This document shows positions 12,421-23,618 of a stretch of 64,000 bases of DNA, one piece after another; positions within the stretch are counted from its first letter, which is position 1, and every line of letters starts with the position of its first letter. This DNA comes from Octopus sinensis (lineage: Eukaryota). Under the pieces are notes generated by a model. The model was not told where the DNA came from and did not search any database. It was given only the letters and a program-made list of their open reading frames with translations. The stretch spans positions 12,896,001 to 12,960,000 of the forward strand of contig NC_043006.1 in assembly GCF_006345805.1 (NCBI RefSeq), in the 5' to 3' direction. The position numbers were made by a program, and so were the translations under genes.

Positions 12421-12586
12421 TTATTTACATTTGTCGGGCATGTGTCCTCATCTTGCTTGTTGTTAACACAACGTTTCGGCTGATATACCGTCCAGCATTC
12501 ATCAAGTGTCTTGAGGACAATATCCGTCAAATGTAAATAATGTAAATAATGTACATACTTCCTCATCTCTTAAATATAGAACTGTA
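12421..12586. mobile_element. Family B (hammerhead/Penelope-like tail) copy with internal inversion
   Basis: 12421-12513 is minus-strand and contains the hammerhead fold (12465-12510). 12514-12586 is the plus-strand 3' end. Confidence 0.8.
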
Positions 12587-12696
12587 TTAATTTAGAACTG
12601 TATTAATTGCAGGTATTTATACTCCACTGAAATTGAGAAATCAGGTCGGGAATAAGCGAAACCCACGAATCCATCACGGCACACACACACACACAC

Positions 12697-12730
<34 letters not shown>

Positions 12731-12989
12731 TAAACAAACACACACAAATGCACACACACAGTCGCATAGCTATGTACGTATTTACATATGTATGTATGTA
12801 TATATGTATGTATGCATGTATGTACCCACACGTGCCTACGCGCATACGTACACCATGATCTATACACACGCAGACGCAGGTCGATTCATATGAAAAAGAA
12901 AGTAAACAAAATAATATGTCCTCTTGCTTATGAGGAAATTTGTAAGTTCGATTTTCTATTATTTTTTTTTAAGATAATGAAACATGCCT

Positions 12990-13133
12990 ATAATTTCGGC
13001 CCGCTCATCCAATGAGCATTTTTGCCAAATATGGTGAAAATCCGTTCAGCCGTTTTTTAGTAATTTTACGAACAGAAACAGACAAAGACGATTGATTACA
13101 ATTCCCTGCTTTCGCTTACTCGCGCAGGGTAAT
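12990..13133. mobile_element. Helentron/HINE-like terminus
   Basis: CCAAATATGGTGAAAATCCGTTCAGCCG..ACAGAC.. plus terminal hairpin CCCTGC..GCAGGG-TAATAA. A reverse-complement relative lies at 55428-55542. Confidence 0.5.
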
Positions 13134-13164
13134 AAAAACGGCTTCAAATTCTGGCACAAGGGTT

Positions 13165-13310
13165 GAAAGTTCAGGGCATAGGGTAAATCGATTACCATGA
13201 CCCCAGTACTTGATTTGTACTTCTTTTATTGCCCCCGAAATGATGAAATGCAAAGTCGACCGCAGCGGAAATTGAACTCAAAATGTAAAGATAAACGAAA
13301 TATCGCTGAG
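13165..13310 (-). mobile_element. Degenerate relative of SINE family M
   Basis: CCCAGTACT..CCCCGAAATGATGAAATGCAAAGTCGACC..GGAAATTGAACTCA. Confidence 0.6.
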
Positions 13311-15233
13311 GCCTATACATTTCGAGAGCAGTACTGGGATCTAACTTTTGTATGCAACGTTTGAATTTGAACCAAAACAGAGGAACTGGATTTGGTCCAC
13401 GGACCATATTATATCGAATTCTGCCGAAAGAGATAAGGAGTTTTAGCTTCGTAGCAAAGCCTTCCGTGAAAGAGCACATTCACAAACTACACTAGATAAT
13501 TCTTAGCGATGCAAGATCAAACATTAGATTCTTCTGGTTCGTATTTTTATTAAATATTCTAACATAAGCAAAAGAGCTGCTATAGACCTCCACAGAAGCA
13601 TAACCATACGCGATCTTATTTTCCTTTTATAAATGTATGGCCTTGCATAGAAGTGAAAAAAATCAATATCGTTTAAGGAGTTGAAGTGCGATTATTTGTA
13701 AAGAGTAGAGAATAGCTTCTTGAATACCTTTATAAAGAATTACTTCATGACAAAGAAACCTTGAAATTGGCCTGGAAAATATGTTACCCAGTTAGATTAT
13801 CGATTTTTTTTTAAGAAATAAAAAAAAATCTACTTATTTCAAGGATTTACAGAAAATTAGCTACATTTCTAGAAACATTATACAGAATCTTTTTGAAAAG
13901 AATGTGACATGATTCGTGGGAATAACTAAAACAGCTCTAATAGATTAAGGAAGAATTTTTTTTCATCTTCAATATAAAGAGGACAATGGAAAATTCAATT
14001 AATAATGCTATGATAATATGCCATCGTTGAAAAACAAAACGAATAAAAGAAATAATAGGGAAATATTACTATTTCGAAGAAATAAAACTACATGAGAACA
14101 TGTTTTTGTTTCGATATTTTCTAGAATAGCAAGTAATAAATAAGAAACGTAGAAAAGAGAGAAGCGATGGAGAGACGCAGTAATACACAACTGTAATATG
14201 AATATTGTTACAGACGGCAATTTGATAAGTAATCTTCAACGTTAAAATATGTCATGTAAATGTAAAAAAAAAAAAGAAATTATTCATCTGCTGGCAAATT
14301 TTCTGAAATAAGAAATGTAAATCGGAAGGTTTATTGATTTTTCTACTGATGTCATTGAGTCATTAAGGTAAAATTGTGTATTCATTTAATTTAGTAAAGT
14401 TGTTTATCTCCCATGAACCAAAGTACTAAGAAGACTTTTTTTTATGTGTCGTGTAATTTCATTTTTTATTTCATTTTCCCTGCTCTTTAAATGAATTATA
14501 TACACTTACTTTTAGAAACCCAGCGAATATCATCCTATTAACTTTCATATGAAAATTGTTGAAAACGAGTTATAGACAATGAATGTTGAATGTAAAATAT
14601 TCGCATTTAAGTTGAATAACAAAAGGAAATTTGCAACATCACATTTCAGTTGTCACAAAATATATACCGAAAGAAGTAAATGACATTTCAAAAATACTAT
14701 AAAGGGGATAAAAGGAGAAAGATTTTCATCAAAAATTTAATAAAATAACAAAGCTAAATCAAATAAATAAAATATTCGATATAGCGTTTGCCATAACAGA
14801 GTGTATGAATCAGGTTATTTTCGTAATATGAACAGTCATTAATAGTAGTACAACTGTTTACCGAGTTCCACTTTGCTTTTAAGTATAGAGGGGTCGATAA
14901 AATAAGTACCAGTTGAACACTGGTATTGATGTAACCGCTAGGGCGCCTCATTGAAAGATTGAGTAAAAGAAATGGACTCCAGTACTTGCTGTTTTTAAAT
15001 TAAAATTTGGGATTCATTCTATTGTTTCCTTCAAGCCGAATCGTGAAGTTTCGGAGATTTAAGGAAGCTAACACCGGTTCCTATGCAGTGAAGGTGCGGC
15101 AAACTCAAGCACAAAGAGACAGATACTTTTGTGTGCGTGTGGTGGAGGTAGGTAAATATATATATTAAAAGTAATTGGGTAGATGACTTGTGAACTTTAA
15201 CCTAGTGAACGTCGCGATGTCGGTGACCTTTAA

Positions 15234-15415
15234 CCTCGTAGACGTTTCGTCAGACTCTAAAGCCGAAGACAAATACAACTTTTCACCTCTGGGAGGCAGG
15301 AATCCGTTATGGTCATTTAATCAGTTGATCATCAAAGAATAAAGGATTCCTGCCTCCCAGGCGTGAAGAGTTGTATTTGTCTTCGGCTTTAGAGTCTGAC
15401 GAGACGTCCACGAGG
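15234..15415. mobile_element. piggyBac-type MITE (182 bp)
   Basis: TTAA at 15230-15233 and 15416-15419, termini CCTCGT..ACGAGG, 72-bp arms with 5 mismatches, 38-nt loop. Confidence 0.75.
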
Positions 15416-15524
15416 TTAAAGCCTTTGTGGATGCAAAACTGTTGGTCATTCTATGACCGGACATAGACTCAATTACTTTTAATACCTTACTGCTCTATAC
15501 TTTAGAGTGTGCTTCTTTTTCGGA

Positions 15525-15700
15525 TATCGCTAGCCACTACACATTCTTTATTTTCCCACCTTGTTTCTTTCTGTGTTCCTTTCTGTGGAAGAGCGTAGGC
15601 TTGAAACATAAAAGGCTTTTTTACTTCCCAAGCGTTAAACTAATACATCTGTTTGTTATCTACACCACCTGTCTTCGACGTTTATTTGTGAATTCTCCCT
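15525..15700 (+). mobile_element. Penelope-like 3'-end repeat, family C
   Basis: Homologous to 391-568. Hammerhead-like motif at 15579-15614. Confidence 0.6.
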
Positions 15701-15721
15701 ATATATATATATATATATATA

Positions 15722-15758
<37 letters not shown>

Positions 15759-15800
15759 AAGGGAGAGAGAGAATAGATCGATACATAGAAATACATTTAT

Positions 15801-15855
<55 letters not shown>

Positions 15856-16979
15856 GTATATATATATATATAAATATACATATATATAACATGATATAAT
15901 ATGCATATACACATATTTGTGTATATATATATATATTATATATATATATATTAAAATTAAAATGCCACATAGTGGTAATCCCTCTCATATGTAATATATA
16001 TATATATATGTATATCCAAAGTTTTCCAATTATATATAATATTTATAGACACACACACGCAAACACACGTACACACCAAGACACCCGTACACACACATAC
16101 ACGTACACACACACACACACACTTCTTCCCGTCTCTCTATTTCCTTTCTCTGCCTTTCTTGCACACTGTTCCTAATGTACATCTTATAAACTGCTTCACG
16201 TGAACAAAATATTTGATTTGAGCAACAAGTGTCTATCATAGCTGGAGAAAAATATCGTTTTCTGAATTGACATCCATTCTGCTTGTATCCTGGCGGAAAA
16301 CAATCATAAGAGCTTCACGGTACACCATCTTTGAATCTGATGAATAGCTATTCTATAAAGCTGTTAATTCATACGTTACTACTTTTAAAAGGGGAAAACC
16401 ATTAACTAACATCAACATATTAACAAATCATTAAGCTTAACTGAACGACACTGCTCAATGTCGCTTTAACTTCGATACATACTGCAACGAACTCCCTTTA
16501 TGCCATAGAAAAAAATATAAACGTCAGAATCTTCATATGCTCTACTCTTCCATGCACTAAAAGGATATGCATTGCAAAAACTGCATACATGCATGCATAC
16601 GCGTGTGTGTGTGTGTACGTGTGTGTGCATGTGTGTGAGTGTGTGTGTATGTGCCTGTGTATGTATATGTGTGTATATATATGCATATATATATTAATAA
16701 TGAGGAAATTGTACAAAATGTATAAGTAGATGATGAGTAAAGCACCGGTAAAGTTTCGATTACCTGTTGTAATCCGTAGATTTATTGCAGAAATTTTGTA
16801 GTGGCGGTTGGGGTAACATTAATGAAATAGGAGATGGAATGTGTAATAGAATTTATTGCGTACAACTCATGTTTAGACCCGTTCTCGGTTTCTTCGTGTA
16901 CATCTATTAAATGTCTCACTAGAGACATTTCTTGAGTGAAAGAAGCTCGCCGCACACACACACACATATACATACATAC

Positions 16980-17054
<75 letters not shown>

Positions 17055-17227
17055 TGTACGGTGTGTCTTTCTATCTGTTCATCCACCCGACCCCGGTTGG
17101 CAAGCTTTATTGATGTGTTTGCATCCGGGTAATTTAGCGGTTCATTCGTCTAAAAATTCATCATGGCTGTACCTTAACATGGATCCAGTCTAATGACTGA
17201 AACACGTAAAGAGCAAAAAAAGTATTC

Positions 17228-17308
<81 letters not shown>

Positions 17309-17502
17309 TTTTCCACCCCCTCTCCTCATCAACCTTCTTCTTCTTCTACCCTACCAAGAATTCACAACGGCCTCGAACACACAAGTGCAAACAAGGGAGA
17401 CACAGAGAAAGGCAGAATGCCACTTATATTTGAACACTATACAAATATTCCTTTAAAAAAACTTTTCTTTTAATTTTTCTAAATTTAAGTATTTAATCGT
17501 TA

Positions 17503-17539
17503 CAGTTGAAAAGGTCTCAAATGACCGAGACCGGTACTG
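17503..17539 (+). ncRNA. Decayed minimal type I hammerhead ribozyme
   Basis: CAG-TTGAAAA-GGTC(TCAAAT)GACC-GAGA-CCGG-TA-CTG. The helices are intact and three core positions differ by transitions from CTGANGA/GAAA. Confidence 0.45.
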
Positions 17540-18004
17540 AAATGTTCTTTATAAAATTATTTTATCATTTTCTATTTCGACTTTTTTTCTCATATATATA
17601 TATATATATATCTATATATATATATATATACATATATCTTCATTTGCAAGTCTAGAGAAATATTCTAGTGACTTAACAATTTTTCAAGCCGATCACAAGG
17701 AGAAAGCTGTTCGTCTCTATCTTGGAAAACAGCCCCGGCTTGAAAAATTGTTAAGACACTAGAATATTTTCCTACATTTCTTAGAAAGACACCAATGGTA
17801 GCCTTATTTCACACACAAATACATATATGTATACGCACATATATATGCGCGCTCATTTACACATCCAAATATATGGGGCATATACACATAATTAGATACT
17901 TCTACTTCCTTTACAACAGCGAAAGCTCATTACATCATTTTCTTTAAAGCCAAATTTCAATCCTTTTTCTCTGATTTTGCTCATTCTCGAATTTGATGGT
18001 AACT

Positions 18005-18115
18005 CATCACAAGGCTTTGGTCGTCCCGAGGCTATGGTAGAAGACAATTGCCCGAAGTTCCAGGCACTGGGACCGAACACGGAATCAAATGTCTGGGAAG
18101 CAAGTCTGTGGCCAC
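18005..18115 (-). mobile_element. Degenerate head of SINE family A
   Basis: ATCACAAGGCTTTGGTCG..AGAAGACAATTGCCC..GGGACCGAAC.. matches the family A 5' half. Confidence 0.6.
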
Positions 18116-18157
18116 AGCCTATAATACATATAGATAGATAGACAGAAAGATAGTTTG

Positions 18158-18211
<54 letters not shown>

Positions 18212-18267
18212 TGTTGACAGAAGGGTTTATAAACTTTCAATAGATGGAAAATAATTATATTTGGTAA

Positions 18268-18648
18268 CTAGCAGTATCGCCCGGCGTTGCTCAGGTTTGT
18301 AAGGGAAATAACTATAAAGCATTTTTAGAGAGTTATAGCCAAAAAATAGCAAAAAAATGGAAAAAAATGATGGTAAATTTTTTTTTAGTAAAAAAAAGTG
18401 GAGTTGCGTCCCCTAGACAGTTTGCGGTTTGTGTTTCTGATTCTCGACCCCATGTCGAATTTATCGATTTTTTCAGAACTGGGGGAACTTTTCAAAATTT
18501 TCGCTGCGTTAGTTTTGAATTATGACATTGGGCTATGTGTGGGTCAAGTTTCATCAGAATCGGTTGAAAGCCGTGGTCAGGGTGAGAGTACAACCTAACA
18601 GACACACAGAAACACGCACAGACAAGCTGCCGTTTATATAGAGAGAGA
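18268..18648 (-). mobile_element. Non-autonomous Helitron, copy 1
   Basis: Minus strand starts A|TC and ends with the hairpin CC(T)G-AGCAACGC-CGGG followed by CTAG|T. No TSD. Confidence 0.85.
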
Positions 18649-18739
18649 TATTAGCTCTCGAAGCTCAAATCGATTATCTTATCCAAAATAGATTTTCAAT
18701 CTGATATCAGCATACTACTTATAGAAAAACAAAAGAGGA

Positions 18740-18885
18740 AGACAGATGTATAAAAAAAGAAGCAAGTGTATTGGTTTTGACGCTGGGGATAAATGAAAAA
18801 GTCCTTTACGTTTTCGAACCTACGCTCTTCCACAGAAAGGAATAAGAGAAAAATAAACAGAGAGATTGAAAAGTATTGTAGCCTT
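18740..18885 (-). mobile_element. Penelope-like 3'-end repeat, family C
   Basis: Reverse complement of the 391-568 core. Motif at 18804-18839. Confidence 0.55.
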
Positions 18886-19197
18886 CTACGGTCCAGCATG
18901 GCGAATGGGGAAAAAAAAACGGTTGAAAGAAAGGGAAATAATAATTTTAAACATGTTTGAATGAAAGAGAGATAAGAGTGATCATAAAAACAGATGGTCT
19001 GCGTGCGTGTGTGTGTATGTGAGAAAGGTGTGTGCGAGTGTGTGTGTAAAAAGAGGCGAGTGACTCTGACGTATGTGCGTGCGCGTGTAACGTGTGTGAG
19101 TTTTGTGTGTAGCAGTTGATGTGCGGTTTTCATTTGGTGTGTGCACGTGTGTGGGTGTGTGCTTTTATCAAGAAACTGGGGAAAATTTGAAAATACA

Positions 19198-19230
<33 letters not shown>

Positions 19231-19275
19231 CGTATACAGTATATATATATATATTATATATATATGTCGAGGTTT

Positions 19276-19348
19276 ATGCAGCTGATGAGGACAAATCAAG
19301 TATACGTTTGGCAAGCGTATCTTGAAAAATCCGAAACCGGTACTGCAT
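19276..19348 (+). ncRNA. Type I hammerhead ribozyme with canonical core
   Basis: Helix I ATGCAG/CTGCAT; CTGATGA 19282-19288; helix II GGA..TCC with a distal hairpin; GAAA 19333-19336; palindromic helix III ACCGGT; GUA triplet with predicted cleavage after 19342. Confidence 0.7.
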
Positions 19349-19378
19349 TATCCATTATCTAGGTTTTTCATTTTTCAG

Positions 19379-19393
19379 ATGTTTTTCCTAGAG
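19379..19393 (+). other. Candidate 15-nt exon (ATG TTT TTC CTA GAG)
   Basis: TTTTTCATTTTTCAG| acceptor and GAG|GTAAGA donor. Splice-motif evidence only. Confidence 0.25.
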
Positions 19394-19528
19394 GTAAGAC
19401 AATTTTTTTCATGTTAGTTGCACACACGCATCTTTACTAGTACATACGCAGTGAAGTTATACATTAGCGTCGTATTTATTGCGTTCGCTATTTTCCAGTA
19501 GATATCGGTGCTTCGTTGTACCATTTAT

Positions 19529-19583
<55 letters not shown>

Positions 19584-19598
19584 ATATATATATATATA

Positions 19599-19649
<51 letters not shown>

Positions 19650-20020
19650 TACATATACATATATATTGTTGTACTGGAAATGGTAAACCTTTCCCATGGA
19701 ACAAGTGTCATGAGGCACCTACCATAACGTGAGACGACGTAATCTGGTACAGAGGTCGTGTATCAGTCTTTATAGAGTCAATGTACGAGTTCTAAGATAG
19801 AGTCCAGTGTTAGTTACGTGTTATTATCGAGTTCGATTCACTGTACAACGTAGACGATCCGTATACAATCACTTGCAGAGCTATCAGCGATGGCACGATC
19901 GCCGAAGCTGTGTATTACCATTCTGGTATAGAAGAGATACTCTGTATCCAATACCAAGAAAATAACGTCTACAGTCGCAACAGTGGCCAGACATTATAAC
20001 TGTGGAAAACGCCACATCAT

Positions 20021-20061
<41 letters not shown>

Positions 20062-20092
20062 ATATATATATATATGTATATATATGCATGTA

Positions 20093-20133
<41 letters not shown>

Positions 20134-20164
20134 TATAATATATATATGTATATATATGCATGTA

Positions 20165-20219
<55 letters not shown>

Positions 20220-20331
20220 TTATATATATGCATATATATATATACATGTATACATATGCAATATATATAAACACATATCCACAATATTGTATATTATACA
20301 TGTGTATGTGTGTGTGTGTTTGTGTGTGCCC

Positions 20332-20402
<71 letters not shown>

Positions 20403-20851
20403 TGTCAGTGTGTCTGTCTGTGTGTCTGCGTGTACATTCTTACGTACTAGCTGAAACATCTAATTTTAAAAATCAAAGGCTGATAGTCCAAATATAGTAA
20501 ATTATACCATGCGTGAACCCTTTATCTAACTTTCTCTCTTGAACTGAAAGATTTCTATTAAAATTGTGATTTGTTTTTGCTGCATTTATTCATATATTTT
20601 AGGCGTGCATAGCATGCCTTATGTTCAAGCAGGAATCTCCGCACGCACATACGTACGCTTGTATGTGCAGACGCGCACGCACCTGTATGTATATATATTC
20701 TACATGTACATGTGTATATATTGAACATCGTTATTATTTTTATTCAAAAGACATTAAAAAAAAGTGATTAAAAAAATGAGAGTTTTGCGCATGGCACTTA
20801 TCTTCCGTTGAACTTTGATGAAAATATAGAAAAATATTTAATAGTAGAAGT

Positions 20852-20854
<3 letters not shown>

Positions 20855-20900
<46 letters not shown>

Positions 20901-20914
20901 ATATAGATAGATAG

Positions 20915-21013
<99 letters not shown>

Positions 21014-21050
21014 GGCTGAATAGATAGATAGATAGATAGATCGATAGATA

Positions 21051-21147
<97 letters not shown>

Positions 21148-21183
21148 GGCTGAATAGATAGATAGATAGATAGATCGATAGAT

Positions 21184-21224
<41 letters not shown>

Positions 21225-21225
21225 C
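20855..21225. repeat. (TA)n/(TAGA)n microsatellite with a duplicated internal interruption
   Basis: ATGGCTGAATAG..AGATCGATAG occurs twice within (TAGA)n. Confidence 0.95.
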
Positions 21226-21301
21226 ATATACGCACATACACTCATACATAGGCATACACATTCACTCAAACACGCGCGCATTTTTACGTATTTATGTAGG
21301 T

Positions 21302-21447
21302 GGATGCGCATGGTTTATCGGTTAAGGTGTTGTTCGTATGATCGACAGAGTATGGTTTCGATTCCTGGACCCGGCGATGTATTCTGTTCATGAGAAAAAC
21401 ACTACATTTCTCGTTGAACCTGTCTCCTTGGGTGGTAGAAATGAGTA
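21302..21447 (+). mobile_element. Degenerate tRNA-derived SINE head
   Basis: A-box-like TGGTTTATCGGTT, B-box-like GGTTTCGATTCC, then GAAAAACACTACATTTC..AAATGAGTA. Confidence 0.5.
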
Positions 21448-21697
21448 TAGTATATTCTCTTCATTACGAATGTAATCTAAATAAATCATAGAATATGTTT
21501 AAAAGTTTCCAAATAGATGCCAATTTGAAGATTTACATGGCAGTACACAAATATTATATCCCAGAAAGTAATCCATTCAATCCAGTGGAAGTTACAAATT
21601 TCGCCAATCACCTATGCTTCAAATCTTGCAAATCTGCAAATAGACTGAGTAATCATCTCAGGAATCACTGACAGGATTTCCTTTTTCGGTTAACATA

Positions 21698-21868
21698 GGG
21701 GCAGGAGTGGCTGTGTGGTAAGTAGCTTGCTAACTAACCACATGGTTCCGGGTTCAGTCCCACTGCGTGGCATCTTGGGCAAGTGTCTTCTGCTATAGCC
21801 CCGGACCGACCAATGCCTTGTGAGTGGATTTGGTAGACGGAAACTGAAAGAAGCCCGTCGTATATATG

Positions 21869-21899
<31 letters not shown>

Positions 21900-22112
21900 A
21901 TGTGTGTGTGTGTTTGTGTGTCTGTGTTTGTCCCCCTAGCATTGCTTGACAACCGATGGTGGTGTGTTTACGTCCCCGTCACTTAGCGGTTCGGCAAAAG
22001 AGACCGATACAATAAGTACTGGGCTTACAAAGAATAAGTCCCGGGGTCGAGTTGCTCGACTAAAGGCGGTGCTCCAGCATGGCCGCAGTCAAATGACTGA
22101 AACAAGTAAAAG
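21698..22112 (+). mobile_element. tRNA-derived SINE family A (internal TA/TG microsatellite), full length
   Basis: A-box TGGCTGTGTGG, B-box GGTTCAGTCC, tail CAGCATGGCCGCAGTCAAATGACTGAAACAAGTAAAAG. Flanked by a 91-bp direct repeat. Confidence 0.9.
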
Positions 22113-22352
22113 AATCACCTATGCTTCAAATCTTGCAAATCTGCCGATAGACTGAGTAATCATCTGAGAAATCACTGACAGGATTTCCTTTTTCGCTTAA
22201 CATGTGTTTTTGATGAGTTTGTTATCATAAACCTCCTGAAGAGATTGGTGCACTGTTGGCCATTATTTATCCTGCCGAACATTTTGGAGTGCACCCTTCG
22301 AAACGTCATTATATAAATGGATCAACAACGTCTCAAGCGTCTCTTTTTCATA

Positions 22353-22383
<31 letters not shown>

Positions 22384-22559
22384 CAAATGTGAGGATAAAA
22401 TTCGTTTCGAAAAAAAATATCTTCTCGAAAAAAATTTTATCAATGGCCAGCATATTAAAAAATACCTTAACGGTTAAATTTATAAACAATTCATAAATGA
22501 GGGCAAAGGAAAACATTTTTCCCTTGCCCTCATTTATGAATTATATATATATATATATA

Positions 22560-22592
<33 letters not shown>

Positions 22593-23222
22593 CCATTTGT
22601 ATAAATGTATGTATGTATGCAATAAACCCAACTTTGGTATGTTTTAAGCCGACAAAAATAACGGAGATCTTTTTTCTAAAAAAAGGACCGCATCTCTATA
22701 ACACAAGAACTTCAACAGTTCCCCCCCCCCACCCCCCACCCGAGAACGAAATCTATGCAGGATGCTGAGTGAACAATACTGGACAAATTAGTAAGGTAAC
22801 ATATGATTCCGCTTAGCTCATGAATTAAAATACGATACTATCGAAAAATCAGATTCAGTGAACAAATACACATATGTGCAGGTAAGAAAAGATAAATCTT
22901 ACTATTGTTTTTCCTATATCAAATTTACCACTACACAACGCAATAACAGGAATGAAAAGAGTGATAACTTTCATAACCCTTTTACGAAGCAATTGTGAAA
23001 ACGGTGAAATAGAAAAGGAGACAATCAATGTCACACCTGAGGTAACTTTTGCTGAAACTGCCACTGTTTTTCCTGCGATACTCACCACCACTAGAATTGC
23101 TGGTAATATAAGTAATAACCACCCTCAGCACTATATAAGGGTCATAAGGACAACATGGGAACTTTTAGGACAGATATGATGAAAAATTAATTTAATTTGA
23201 TTTAATTTGATTTTATTCAGTA

Positions 23223-23618
23223 CTAGCAGTATCGCCCGGCGTTGCTCGGGTTTGTAAGGGAAATAACTATATAAGCATTTTTAGAGAGTTATAGCCAAAA
23301 AATAGCAAAAAAATGCATCAAAAATGGAAAAAAAATGATGGTAAATTTTTTTTGAAATCGTTGACTCATCGTAGACATTTTTAGAGAGTTACTTCCCTTA
23401 TATAATAGCGAAAAATGCATTAAAATGGAAAAAATGATGGTAAATTATTTTTTAAATCGTAGACTCATCGTAGACGCGCACTAATACCCAGAAGGTCTCG
23501 ATATGAATCACGACTATAAGATACCCGGTTTTGGTTAAACTGCACCGCAAAATGTGGGAGTAGTTAGGAATCTAAATCGTAGGAGACAGACACACAACCT
23601 TACTTTTATATATGAAGA
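23223..23618 (-). mobile_element. Non-autonomous Helitron, copy 2 (different 5' half)
   Basis: Same CCCG-AGCAACGC-CGGG hairpin and CTAG|T end, A|TC start. The interior diverges from copies 1 and 3 after ~120 bp. Confidence 0.8.

Noticed and set aside
22855-23125. Hydrophobic minus-strand ORF (LLILPAILVVVS..AKVTSGVTLIVSFS) faintly like Cys-loop receptor M1-M2
   Set aside because: The spacing is three residues short, the LP..SGE motif is absent and there is an in-frame stop just upstream. The plus-strand GT-AG motifs in the same region give no recognisable peptide either.
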